A stretch of 64,000 nt of DNA from an uncultured Eubacteriales bacterium (GTDB taxonomy: Bacteria > Actinomycetota > Coriobacteriia > Anaerosomatales > JAAXUF01): the NCBI GenBank assembly GCA_964521195.1, contig CAZFRE010000001.1:334317-398316 (forward strand), in the 5' to 3' direction. The stretch's first letter is position 1. Every line of letters starts with the position of its first letter. The position numbers and the translations under genes were made by a program. Shown one piece after another: positions 35,934 through 45,479 of this stretch. Under the pieces are notes generated by a model. That model saw only the letters and a program-made list of their open reading frames with translations, was not told where the DNA came from and ran no database searches.

Positions 35934-36069
35934 CTGCGCTGCGAAGGCTCCCGCATCGCAGCCGATCCTACCAGGGTGCTCGAAACGCGCTGCTCACGCG
36001 CTCAAGTGCGCCGATTCACGAGCCGATAGGAATCGTGGGGACCGTCGTGCGCGCGAAGGGGCGTGAAGC

Positions 36070-39000
36070 ATGCTGAGAATGCGTTGGGCACTGGTCGCGC
36101 TTGCGGCCGCCGCGCTGGTCACCATCGCGGGGGTGCTCGGCGTGCCCTTCCCAACGGCGCTGTCGCAGCCGTCCGTCGCCCGGCCGTTGGCCCAACCTGC
36201 AGACGTGTCGATCGCGCAGGAGAGCGCGTGTGTGTCGAACGCGCTGTCCATGCCCGGCGTATCGGCGACCTCGACGGCTGCCATCAGTGCGCTCGGCTCG
36301 CAGTTGCCCGCAGTCGCACGACGATACGGCATGACCCCTGAAGTACTCGAGCAGACGCTGCTCTCGGATTCCACACTCAACGTGGATCGGCGAGGCGCGC
36401 TCTTCTACGTCGAGCCTGCGCCCGAGGTGGATGCCCCGCCCTCGATCTCCGAGATGGACTCGGCGGTGCAGCGAGACGCCGCCGCCGCGCCCTTCCCGCT
36501 GTCGCAGACGTTCATGCTTCACAGCCGACCTGGTGCCGAGCGCACGATCCTGCTCGACTTCAAGGGCATGCGCATGTCCGGCAATGCCTGGACCGCGAGC
36601 TACAACGGCGGGGCCGACATCGTGTGTCCACCGTTCTCCCTCGATGGGAGCCCCTCCTTCAGCGAGGCCGAGCAGGCCATCATCCAAGAGGTCTGGCAGC
36701 GGGTGGCCGAGGACTACGCCCCGTTCGACATCGACGTGACCACCGAGTTCACCAGTGAGGAAGTCATCACGCGGAGCTCATCCGCCGACCGAATCTACGG
36801 CACGCGAGCCCTCATCAGCCCGATCAGCGACAAGATTCCGGATGCCGCGGGCATCGCCTATGTCGGAGCCTTCAACGACATCGGCGACTACTACAAGCCG
36901 GCGCTGGTGTTCCCAGAATCCTGGGGCAACACGGCGAAGGATATCGCGCAGACGACGTCGCATGAGTGCGGCCACAACCTCGCGCTTCTCCACGATGGCA
37001 CCTCCGCGATCGAGTACTACCCCGGCGGGAACGGCTGGGCGCCAATCATGGGCCAAGGTCACTACGAAAGCCTCACCCAGTGGAGCAAGGGCGAGTATTC
37101 GGGAGCGAACAACTTCCAAGACGACCTCGCGCTCATCGCTGCGATGTCCGGTTTCCGTGCCGACGATGCCGCCGGAAGCCGCGAGAACGCCGCTGAGCTG
37201 CAGGTAGGTTCGTCCATCTCAGCGGCCGGCGTCATCACCGATGCGGGGGATGCCGACTACTACCGGTTCGTGGCAGGCGCGGGCCCGGCGGCGATCAGCA
37301 TCGTGCCTGCACCGAGCGGCCCGAACCTCGATATCGCGGCCGAGCTGCTGGATGCGAATGGCGCCGTAGTCGCATCGAGCGACTCGGCCTCGACACTGTC
37401 CGCCAGGATCAGCGTGCCCATCTCCCAGGGGGTCTACTACATCCGCGTCCGAGGCACCGGAAAAGGCGACCCTCTCACCACCGGGGGGTACTCGAACTAC
37501 GCCAGTGTCGGTCAGTACACCCTCTCAGGCAGCGTCCCCGCGATTCCGCCGCCCACGACCACCCTCACAGCGGTTCCCTCGGCGGCACTCAGTGGCTGGG
37601 TGTCCGGTGACGTGACGATCACCCTCACGGCGGTCAGCTCCATGGATCCAGTCGCCCGCACGAGCTACACGGTGGACGGGTCGGCGGAGCAGGACTACGC
37701 ATCTCCATTCCGCGTCACAGGCGATGGCGCCGTGCCGGTCACATACCACTCGTTCAGCAACCTCGGAATCGCCGAGACCGTGCGCACAGCGACCGTCTAT
37801 CTCGACAACTCCTCGCCGGTCACGGGTCCCACCAACATGCGCGCGATGTATCGAGTCTCGTCGGGGGCGACCATCGCGCTCGCAGCCAACGATCCACAGT
37901 CCGGCGTGGCATCGACGCGCTGGAGGCTCGGCTCGGCAAGCACATTCACCTCCGGTGCGGCTGTGCCGGTGCCGAGTCAGGCGGGCACCTACACCGTGCA
38001 GTACTACTCGGTCGACAAGGTCGGTAACGTTGAGCCCACGAAGTCCCTGAGCTTTGCGGTCGTGAACGATTCCACGCCGCCGAGGACGACCAGTGACGCG
38101 GCGGCCACCTATGACACGTCGGCACGCGTGACACTCGTCGCCACAGACACGGGAATCGGCGTCGAGTCGACTCACTGGCTCCTCGACGGGGCCGCAGGAA
38201 CCGGCACGACTGTCGACGTCCTTGACTATGGATCCCACGAGCTGCGGTTCTGGTCGGTCGACGCCGCCGGCAACGCCGAGACACCGACGACAGTGACGCT
38301 GTTCGTTCGGGATGTGAACTCGCCGACGGTGTGCGCGAGCGCGGACTACGCTTGGCTGAACGGGATGTCTGTGGAGTTCCAAGCCGCTGACGAGTCCCAC
38401 GGCAGCGGTCTTGACGTGATCGCGTACCGGCTCGACGGAGCTGAGACGCAGACCATCGCTGCGTCCAACTACGTTCTCACGCCCCGGCGTCCGGGCCGCC
38501 ACGAATGCGTCTACTGGGCCGTCGACAAGGCGGGGAACGCGAGTGCGCTCGCGACGCTCGTGTTCGACGTCATCGCGCCGACCCGCTTCGTGATGGACGC
38601 GATTCCGGCGCCGGTGAAGCCCGGCGTGGAGACGACCATCTCGGGTCGCGTCGACACCGAATCGGTCACCGCCCCGCTTCTCGGCGAGCCCGTGGTGCTC
38701 CAAGTGCTCCGGGACTCCGCGTGGACGAAGGCGCTTCCCTCGCCCGCGCTCGCGCAGGCGGACGGGGCGTTCGCCTTCAGGGTCGCTCCATACGAGAGCG
38801 GCGTGTATCGGGTGATCGTCGGCACTGGGAGCGCGCTGCGAGCCGGGGAGAGCGAGACCTTCGTGATCGGAGCGAAGGCGTCGGTCACGCGGCCGTCCAA
38901 GCCGAATTCTCCGCGCCACCGTCGCGCGTTCACACTCACCGGTTGGGTGATGCCGTCGCTCTCACGGAGCGTGCAGGTCAAGTACTACCGCGTGAAGAGC

Positions 39001-39165
39001 GGGAAACGGACGCTGTACTCCACGAAGACGGCATCGCTGTCGTCGGCGGGGAAATGGACCTACCGGCGCTCGCTTCCCCGCGGATCGTGGGCCGTGCGGG
39101 TGGTCTACACCGATCCGCTGAAGGTCGTCAGCACCAGCAGCTACCGGTCCTTCACGGTGAAGTAG
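36070..39165 (+). CDS. secreted reprolysin/adamalysin-like zinc metalloprotease with PPC domain, Ig-like repeats and shared C-terminal beta-sandwich
   Basis: Signal peptide. HECGHNLALLHDG (HExxHxxxxxHD). Pre-peptidase C-terminal-like block (DADYYRF...YYIRVRG...YTLSG). The stalk is collinear with that of 4891..7662. Confidence 0.8.
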   Translation: MLRMRWALVALAAAALVTIAGVLGVPFPTALSQPSVARPLAQPADVSIAQESACVSNALSMPGVSATSTAAISALGSQLPAVARRYGMTPEVLEQTLLSDSTLNVDRRGALFYVEPAPEVDAPPSISEMDSAVQRDAAAAPFPLSQTFMLHSRPGAERTILLDFKGMRMSGNAWTASYNGGADIVCPPFSLDGSPSFSEAEQAIIQEVWQRVAEDYAPFDIDVTTEFTSEEVITRSSSADRIYGTRALISPISDKIPDAAGIAYVGAFNDIGDYYKPALVFPESWGNTAKDIAQTTSHECGHNLALLHDGTSAIEYYPGGNGWAPIMGQGHYESLTQWSKGEYSGANNFQDDLALIAAMSGFRADDAAGSRENAAELQVGSSISAAGVITDAGDADYYRFVAGAGPAAISIVPAPSGPNLDIAAELLDANGAVVASSDSASTLSARISVPISQGVYYIRVRGTGKGDPLTTGGYSNYASVGQYTLSGSVPAIPPPTTTLTAVPSAALSGWVSGDVTITLTAVSSMDPVARTSYTVDGSAEQDYASPFRVTGDGAVPVTYHSFSNLGIAETVRTATVYLDNSSPVTGPTNMRAMYRVSSGATIALAANDPQSGVASTRWRLGSASTFTSGAAVPVPSQAGTYTVQYYSVDKVGNVEPTKSLSFAVVNDSTPPRTTSDAAATYDTSARVTLVATDTGIGVESTHWLLDGAAGTGTTVDVLDYGSHELRFWSVDAAGNAETPTTVTLFVRDVNSPTVCASADYAWLNGMSVEFQAADESHGSGLDVIAYRLDGAETQTIAASNYVLTPRRPGRHECVYWAVDKAGNASALATLVFDVIAPTRFVMDAIPAPVKPGVETTISGRVDTESVTAPLLGEPVVLQVLRDSAWTKALPSPALAQADGAFAFRVAPYESGVYRVIVGTGSALRAGESETFVIGAKASVTRPSKPNSPRHRRAFTLTGWVMPSLSRSVQVKYYRVKSGKRTLYSTKTASLSSAGKWTYRRSLPRGSWAVRVVYTDPLKVVSTSSYRSFTVK

Positions 39166-39238
39166 GTCTGATTTCTGACGTGTGGGTATCTTCCTCACAG
39201 CCCTCGCATTCGCGAGGCGCGCATGGAGGTGACGGCTC

Positions 39239-39439
39239 ATGTCGGAGAAGGGCCACTGGCCATTCGGGCAAGAGGGTGCGGAGGGTATGTCGCGCGAAGA
39301 GGAGCGCGCTTTGGAGCGCGAGCGCGAGCGCGAAGCGCACCAGCGCGAAATGGCGGCCAAGGCCGCGAACCAGCAGTCTCGCAACAACCGGCTCATCGTC
39401 GGCGGCAAGGCTCATACGCGGAAGAAGGGCCTGAGCTAG
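39239..39439 (+). CDS. small charged hypothetical protein (66 aa)
   Basis: GGAGG 9 nt upstream of the ATG. Glu/Arg-rich helix and a basic tail. No family recognised. Confidence 0.35.
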   Translation: MSEKGHWPFGQEGAEGMSREEERALEREREREAHQREMAAKAANQQSRNNRLIVGGKAHTRKKGLS

Positions 39440-39452
39440 GTCGCCCGAGCAC

Positions 39453-39905
39453 TCAGCGCTTGTGCGCTCGCGCGGCCTTCTCGGCGTCCTTGACCATCGC
39501 GTCCCAGCCGGGCTCGCAGATCAGTTCCCACGTGCAGCCGTGGCATGCGTCCGCCCGCCACGTGCCCACGCCGATCGCGTCGGCTTCGAGTCGTTCGCGC
39601 GCGGCCTCAAGCGACAGCCTGTCGCCGGGGGCCACACCCAGCACGTCGCACGCGAGCGCGTCGATGCGCGCGATCTCATCCTCGCCGCCCGCGCCTTCGC
39701 TCGCACACCGGCTATCAGTCCCGAGTTCGGGGCACGCCGCGCACACGTTATCGACACCCGGGACGATCAGCGCCGGAGCCGATTCCGCGTGCCCGATCAC
39801 GTGCTCGAGGTTGGCGACGAAGTCGTCGGAGTAGCCCTCGCCGCGGAAGAACTGCAGGCAGATCAGGTGGTGGCCGCGGAGCCGGACCAGAGGCGCCGCG
39901 CTCAC
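39453..39905 (-). CDS. DUF1284-family (Cys-rich, putative Fe-S) protein
   Basis: LRGHHLICLQFF.GEGYS..F..N.... and C..CP...C, ...CHGC.W blocks. GTGA overlap with the upstream MBL gene. Confidence 0.55.
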   Translation of the reverse strand: MSAAPLVRLRGHHLICLQFFRGEGYSDDFVANLEHVIGHAESAPALIVPGVDNVCAACPELGTDSRCASEGAGGEDEIARIDALACDVLGVAPGDRLSLEAARERLEADAIGVGTWRADACHGCTWELICEPGWDAMVKDAEKAARAHKR

Positions 39906-40720
39906 AGGTGCTCCTCCGGGAACAGCGTCGACTGGGCGGGATCGGAGTCGAGCGGCTCGTGCTGTGGGGCGACGTGCACCGGTACGCTCAGGCCGATCGC
40001 CGTCAGCCGAGCGACGAGCGCGCGCTTCGCGAGCGAGGGCGTGTTGTTCGTGTCCGAGCGGTGGAGCGCGATGATGCGCCGCAACCTCGAGGACGCCAGC
40101 GACTCGACGGCGTCCGCAGCGTCCGGGTTCGACAGGTGCCCCTGGGCCGAGCGGATCCTGCGCTTGAGGTAGCTCGGGTACGGCCCGTTGTCCAGCATCC
40201 CGAGGTCGTGGTTGCTCTCGATGCCGAGCAGGTCGACGTCGGCGAGCGCCTCGGCCGCCTCGGGGGTCACGACCCCCGTGTCGGTCGCCAGGCCGAACCG
40301 CTCGCCGGCCGCATTCTGTACGCGGTAGCCGACCGGCTCGGCGGCGTCGTGTGACGTCCTGAACGGCAGCACCGTGAGGGAGCCGATCCGCAGCTCCTCG
40401 CCCGTGCGCAGCGTGCAGACCTCGCTGCCGAGACAGTCGAGTCCCGCCGCCATGCGCGTGCCGCGGGTGGCGTGCACCGCGCAGCCATGCCGGCGCGCGA
40501 ACACTTCGACCCCGCGCAGGTGGTCCGAGTGCTCGTGTGTGAGCAGGACCGCCCGCACCGAGTTCGCATCGAGGCCGGCGAGCGCCATTCGTCGAGCGAC
40601 CTCGCGGGCCGAGAACCCGCAGTCGATGAGCAGCGTGGTGTCGCCGTCGGTCACGGCGACGGAGTTGCCGCCGGAACCGGAGCCGAGCACGACCACGCGA
40701 AGGGGAGTGGTATCGGGCAT
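39902..40720 (-). CDS. MBL-fold metallo-hydrolase (YycJ/WalJ-like)
   Basis: VLGSGSGGN...LIDCG......LLTHEHSDH. Confidence 0.8.
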   Translation of the reverse strand: MPDTTPLRVVVLGSGSGGNSVAVTDGDTTLLIDCGFSAREVARRMALAGLDANSVRAVLLTHEHSDHLRGVEVFARRHGCAVHATRGTRMAAGLDCLGSEVCTLRTGEELRIGSLTVLPFRTSHDAAEPVGYRVQNAAGERFGLATDTGVVTPEAAEALADVDLLGIESNHDLGMLDNGPYPSYLKRRIRSAQGHLSNPDAADAVESLASSRLRRIIALHRSDTNNTPSLAKRALVARLTAIGLSVPVHVAPQHEPLDSDPAQSTLFPEEHL

Positions 40721-40888
40721 GCGGGCAGTGTACACCGCTCCGGTGACATCTCCTCACGAACACCACAGCTTCCCGGCGCTGCCGCGGCGATTATCGGGAA
40801 TAGAACTCCTAGCAAACCCACCGGGCCGATCCGACACCGGCCCGTCAGCGTTCGTGCACCACCTGCACGACCGGAGCGAGGAGCGACG

Positions 40889-41134
40889 ATGGCTGTCCAC
40901 CTGTACGCGCTGTCCACCTGCCCGTACTGCCGCATGACGAAGAAGTACCTCGACGAGCATGAGATCGCGTACGAGATGACCGAAGTCGACCTGCTCGAGG
41001 GTGACGAGAAGGACGCCGCGGTCGCTGAGGTCGTTCGGCTGTCGGGCGGCAAGTCCTTCCCGGTGCTCGATGCGGACGGTCAGGTGGTCGTCGGTTTCAA
41101 CAAGGGGCGCATGGCCCAGGTCCTCGGGCTGTAG
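40889..41134 (+). CDS. glutaredoxin-like small redoxin (CPYC)
   Basis: 81 aa. LYALSTCPYCRMTKKYL...FPVL...VVGFN. GAGGAG lies upstream. Confidence 0.8.
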   Translation: MAVHLYALSTCPYCRMTKKYLDEHEIAYEMTEVDLLEGDEKDAAVAEVVRLSGGKSFPVLDADGQVVVGFNKGRMAQVLGL

Positions 41135-41143
41135 GCCACGCAC

Positions 41144-41827
41144 ATGACCGCCGAGAAGCCCGGGCGCCGCGTCTTCTTCGCCGGCACCACCATCGACGAC
41201 CTGAAGGCCTACATGGGCCCGTTCGCCGAGCGTCTCGGCTACAAGTTCAACACCGAGACCGACTTCGTCGACGAGGTGCTGATCAGTGAGCTCGAGATCC
41301 TTGAGCGAGACGGGGACGTCTACTGCCCATGCCGGATACGCAGTGGGGATCCCAAAGAAGACGCGCAGATCGTCTGTCCGTGCATCCCGTTCTACCGCGA
41401 CGAGTTCGCAGCTATCCGCAAGTGCTGGTGCGGGCTCTTCATACTCTCTGACGTCGAGGATGGCGCCGACCTCATCGGCGTGCTCGACGAGGTGGAACCG
41501 GGCACCGTGGTCGACGTACCGGTCGCGACGCTCGCCGACCTCGCCCCCGGCACGCCTCGCCACGTCAAGATCGGGAAGCGCGACATCGCGGTGGTGCGAG
41601 TCGGCGAGGAGGTGTTCGCGCTGTCGAACCTCTGCCGGCACGCGTTCGGGCCCCTCGCCGAGGGGTTCGTCGATGGCTATCACCTGATGTGCCCGTGGCA
41701 TGGGTGGCGCTACGACGTCCGCGATGGGACCACCGATCATCCCAATGCCGATGTCGCGACGTTTCCGGTAGCGGTTCGCGACGGCGTCGTGTTGGTCTCG
41801 ATACCGCTCGGCCGCTCGCGGCGCTGA
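41144..41827 (+). CDS. ferredoxin:thioredoxin reductase catalytic-subunit-like domain fused to a Rieske [2Fe-2S] domain
   Basis: CPC(61-63)-x14-CPC(78-80)-x13-CWC(94-96)GLF, compared with the FTRc CPC-x16-CPC-x8-CHC pattern. C-terminal Rieske motif CRH(164-166)-x16-CPWH(183-186). Starts 9 nt after the glutaredoxin stop. Confidence 0.75.
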   Translation: MTAEKPGRRVFFAGTTIDDLKAYMGPFAERLGYKFNTETDFVDEVLISELEILERDGDVYCPCRIRSGDPKEDAQIVCPCIPFYRDEFAAIRKCWCGLFILSDVEDGADLIGVLDEVEPGTVVDVPVATLADLAPGTPRHVKIGKRDIAVVRVGEEVFALSNLCRHAFGPLAEGFVDGYHLMCPWHGWRYDVRDGTTDHPNADVATFPVAVRDGVVLVSIPLGRSRR

Positions 41828-41939
41828 AGGCCACAGGCCTCGAGACGCTGGGGTGGCGACGCCGCTACCTCGGCCGGCGTAGCGCGAGATACTCCCTCGG
41901 GTGCATGCGTCGCCTCGGCAGGGGGGCTACTATCGACCC

Positions 41940-43202
41940 ATGAGCCCCACACCGAACAAGCCCCGCAAAGCGCTCTCCGCAGCCGTATCCGACGTGCTTC
42001 TCGCCGTCGGTCTCGCAGCCGCGAGCGCCATCTCGGTGGCGTTGCGGGTGCCGCTCTTCATCCGCGGCGGCGGATTCGGGGGAGGGCCCGGCGTCGACCC
42101 GCCGAACGTACCCGATGCCGCCGTGCGGGCCGCCATAGAGCGACCGGAGCTCGCCGTCTACAGCATCCCGCTTGCGGCCGTGGCGTTCCTGCCTCTCGCC
42201 GTGCGGCGACGCTTCCCGGTTCCGGTGCTGGCGGTCGTGGTCGCGATCGCTGCCGTCAACGACCTGCTTCCCGGGCCACCCTCGCTCGTCTTTCTCGCGC
42301 CACTCATCGCCCTGTACACGGTGGGTACCGAGCGTTCGCGCACGACCCTCGTGTGGTCGGCATTGTTCGCGGCCGCGGTCCAGCTTGCCGTGAACCTTCC
42401 GCATCACGCCGGCGTGACGTACTGGGCGGACGTCGTGCGCATCGTCTCGATGGTGACGGTGGCCGCCGCGTTGGGCGATGCCACCCGAACGCGCCGCGCC
42501 TACGTTGCCGAGGTCGAGCAGCGCGCGATCGAGGCCGAACGCACGCGGGACGAGGAGGCCCGACGCCGTGTGGACGAGGAGCGGCTGCGGATCGCCCGCG
42601 AGCTGCACGACGTCACGGCACACTCGCTGTCCATCATCGCCGTGCAGTCGGGCGCCGCCGCGCACGTCATCGACACGAACCCGGCGGAGGCGCGCCGCTC
42701 GCTCGAGGCGATCCGGCAGACCAGCAAGCAAGCCCTCGACGAGCTGCGCTCGATGCTCGGCGTGCTCCGCTCGGCCGATGAACCCGACGCGCCGCTGGCG
42801 CCTGCACCGGGCCTGGCGCGCCTCGACGAGCTCGCGGTGCCGATGCGCGAAGCCGGCATCGACGTGACGCTCGACGTCGATGACGACCTGGGCGAGATCC
42901 CGGCGCTGGTGGACGCATCCGCCTACCGCATCGTCCAGGAAGCGCTCACGAACGTGGTGCGCCACGCCGGCCCCTGCGCGGCGCGAGTGGTGGTGAAGAG
43001 AGCCAACGGCGACCTGGTGCTCCAGGTGACCGACGACGGCGCGGGCACGCGGGCGGCGACCAATGCCGAGGGCCACGGCATCGAAGGTATGCGCGAGCGC
43101 GCCGTGGCACTGGGTGGCGCGTTCGAGTCGGGGCCGCTCGCCGACGGCGGCTTCCGCGTGAGCGCCAGGCTGCCGGTGGGCGCCCGGGGCGGGCGGGCGT
43201 GA
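41940..43202 (+). CDS. sensor histidine kinase (HisKA_3 / NarL-partner type)
   Basis: Multi-TM N-terminus. RIARELHDVTAHSLS H-box. HATPase blocks. Confidence 0.85.
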   Translation: MSPTPNKPRKALSAAVSDVLLAVGLAAASAISVALRVPLFIRGGGFGGGPGVDPPNVPDAAVRAAIERPELAVYSIPLAAVAFLPLAVRRRFPVPVLAVVVAIAAVNDLLPGPPSLVFLAPLIALYTVGTERSRTTLVWSALFAAAVQLAVNLPHHAGVTYWADVVRIVSMVTVAAALGDATRTRRAYVAEVEQRAIEAERTRDEEARRRVDEERLRIARELHDVTAHSLSIIAVQSGAAAHVIDTNPAEARRSLEAIRQTSKQALDELRSMLGVLRSADEPDAPLAPAPGLARLDELAVPMREAGIDVTLDVDDDLGEIPALVDASAYRIVQEALTNVVRHAGPCAARVVVKRANGDLVLQVTDDGAGTRAATNAEGHGIEGMRERAVALGGAFESGPLADGGFRVSARLPVGARGGRA

Positions 43203-43882
43203 TGTCGGAGCGTATCCGCGTGCTCGTCGCCGACGATCAGGCGCTCGTTCGGGGCGGGTTCCGCGTCCTGGTGGACTCATCCCCCGACCTCGAGGTCGTG
43301 GGTGAGGCTTCCGACGGCGCCGAGGCGCTTGCGCTTGCGCGAAAGCTGACGCCCGACGTCGTGCTGATGGACATCCGGATGCCGGTCAAGGACGGCATCG
43401 AAGCCACTCGTGAGATCGCACAGGATCCGACAACCGCCGAGACCCGCGTGCTCATCCTCACGACGTTCGATCTCGACGAGTACGTCTACGAGGCGCTGCG
43501 GGCCGGCGCGAGCGGCTTCCTTCTCAAAGACACCGAGCCGAACGCGCTGCTCGATGCGATCCGGGTCATCGCGTCGGGAGATGCGCTCCTGGCACCGTCG
43601 GTGACACGCCGGCTGATCGCCGAGTTCGCGCACCGGCCTTCACCGAGCAAGGTGAGCGCTGCCCATCTCGAGGCGCTGACCGGGCGTGAGCGTGAGGTGC
43701 TGGCGCTCGTCGCGCGCGGGCTCTCCAACGCAGAGATCGCCGCCGAGCTGTTCATCAGCCCTGCCACAGCCAAGACCCACGTGAGTCGCGTGATGATGAA
43801 GCTCGCGGCGCGCGATCGCGCCCAGCTCGTCGCCATCGCGTACGAGGCGGGCGTCGTCGCGCCCGGCACCTCCGGCGAGTAG
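43202..43882 (+). CDS. response regulator, NarL/LuxR family
   Basis: RVLVADDQ...D.....DVVLMDIRMP. C-terminal LTGREREVL.LVARGLSN.EIA helix-turn-helix. Confidence 0.9.
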   Translation: MSERIRVLVADDQALVRGGFRVLVDSSPDLEVVGEASDGAEALALARKLTPDVVLMDIRMPVKDGIEATREIAQDPTTAETRVLILTTFDLDEYVYEALRAGASGFLLKDTEPNALLDAIRVIASGDALLAPSVTRRLIAEFAHRPSPSKVSAAHLEALTGREREVLALVARGLSNAEIAAELFISPATAKTHVSRVMMKLAARDRAQLVAIAYEAGVVAPGTSGE

Positions 43883-44084
43883 CACCTCAGACTGGCGTCG
43901 CGCTCGCACGGCCCCGCGTACTCCCGTAGGAGTACGCGAAGTGACTCCCCCGGCATGACGAACGGCGCCTCCCGCCCGCCTAGGCTGAGTACGTGACGTA
44001 CCCGCCCGCGAGGAGGATCCCGATGCCCACCGTCTCCCATGCCACCCAGCGCGCAGCGCGCGCGAACGGCGAACGGGCCTGCCG

Positions 44085-45479
44085 ATGAACGCCGAGGCAG
44101 CGCCGCGCGCAGCGGCCCGCAAGCGCACGAGCCGCGCGGTCATCGGCCTGGTCGTCGCGCTCGTGCTCGTCGGCGCCGGCGTCGCGGCCTTCACCGTGCT
44201 CCGGTCGAGCTCGACGCCCACATCCAGCGTCTCCACCGCCGTCGCCGAGCGACGGACACTCAGCGTCTTGGTCTCGGGAACCGGCACCACGGTGGTCTCC
44301 GACTCCGTGACGGTCAATCCCAAGATCAGTGGCACGGTCAAGAAGCTCTACGTCAGCCTCGGCGAGACCGTGACCGCAGGCGACAAGCTGTACACGATCA
44401 CGAGTGACGACGTCGAGACGTCCCGGCTTCAGGCGAAGGCCTCGCTCCTGCAGTCCAAACAAAGCCTCGCGCAGGCCGAGGGAAGCAAGACGCAGGCGAA
44501 CAACCAGCTCTACAGCGCCAACACGGCGCTCATCGAAGCCGAGCAGAACCTCGACGCCCTGCGCAGCCAACCCGAGACGGCCGGACTCGACGACAAGATC
44601 ACGATCGCCAAGCGCCAGGTGACCAGCGCGAAGAAGAGCGTCGCAAGCGCCGAGGACAGCGTCGACTCCGCATCGATCGGCATCGAGGTCGCGCAGGCGA
44701 ACTACACCTCGGCCAAGCAGTCCTACGAAGACGCGGTCGACGCGACGCACGACACGGTCGTCGAGGCACCCATCGACGGCGTGGTCACCGAACTGCCCAT
44801 CTCGGTGGGCTCGGACGTCAACGCAGGCACCACGAGCACGTCCTCCGGCGGCTCGACCGGCGCTGCGGCGACCGGGAGCTCCTCGTCGAGCGCGTCATCA
44901 GGCAGCTCGGGATCGTCCATCACGATCTCGGACATGGGCAGTCTCGAGGTCGAGGTCTCAGTCAGCGAGGCCGACATCACATCGGTCGCCGTCGACCAGA
45001 CCGCCACCGTCACGTTCGACGCACTGGACGACACCGAGTTCACCGGCACCGTGAAGTCCATCTCTCCCAACGGCACGAGTTCCTCCGGTGTCGTCAATTT
45101 CACCGTCACGCTGTCGCTCGACCGCCAGGACGACCGGCTCCGTCCCGACATGACCGCCACCGCCGATATCGCGACACAGGTCGCCGAGAATGTCGTCGCG
45201 GTGCCGGTCGCTGCCGTGAGATCCAGCGACGGCGAGAAGTACGTGATCGTGATGAACGGCGCACAGCAGTCCAACACCCCGGTGACTGTCGGCGTCAGTG
45301 ATGACTCGTATGTCGAGATCGAGAGCGGCCTGTCCGAGGGTGACGTCGTCGTCACCGGGTCGCAGTCAGCGACATCGAACTCGTCGAGCCCTTCTCAGAG
45401 CGATCGCCGCTCCGGCGGCTTCATGATGGGTGGGCCCGGCGGGGGCGCGCCGCCCTCGGGTGGACCGGGTGGCAACTGA
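44085..45479 (+). CDS. HlyD/MacA-type periplasmic adaptor protein
   Basis: N-terminal TM segment. Coiled-coil hairpin. Beta-barrel blocks (A.V.FDAL....F.G.V..I.P). Ser/Gly-rich tail. Confidence 0.8.
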   Translation: MNAEAAPRAAARKRTSRAVIGLVVALVLVGAGVAAFTVLRSSSTPTSSVSTAVAERRTLSVLVSGTGTTVVSDSVTVNPKISGTVKKLYVSLGETVTAGDKLYTITSDDVETSRLQAKASLLQSKQSLAQAEGSKTQANNQLYSANTALIEAEQNLDALRSQPETAGLDDKITIAKRQVTSAKKSVASAEDSVDSASIGIEVAQANYTSAKQSYEDAVDATHDTVVEAPIDGVVTELPISVGSDVNAGTTSTSSGGSTGAAATGSSSSSASSGSSGSSITISDMGSLEVEVSVSEADITSVAVDQTATVTFDALDDTEFTGTVKSISPNGTSSSGVVNFTVTLSLDRQDDRLRPDMTATADIATQVAENVVAVPVAAVRSSDGEKYVIVMNGAQQSNTPVTVGVSDDSYVEIESGLSEGDVVVTGSQSATSNSSSPSQSDRRSGGFMMGGPGGGAPPSGGPGGN

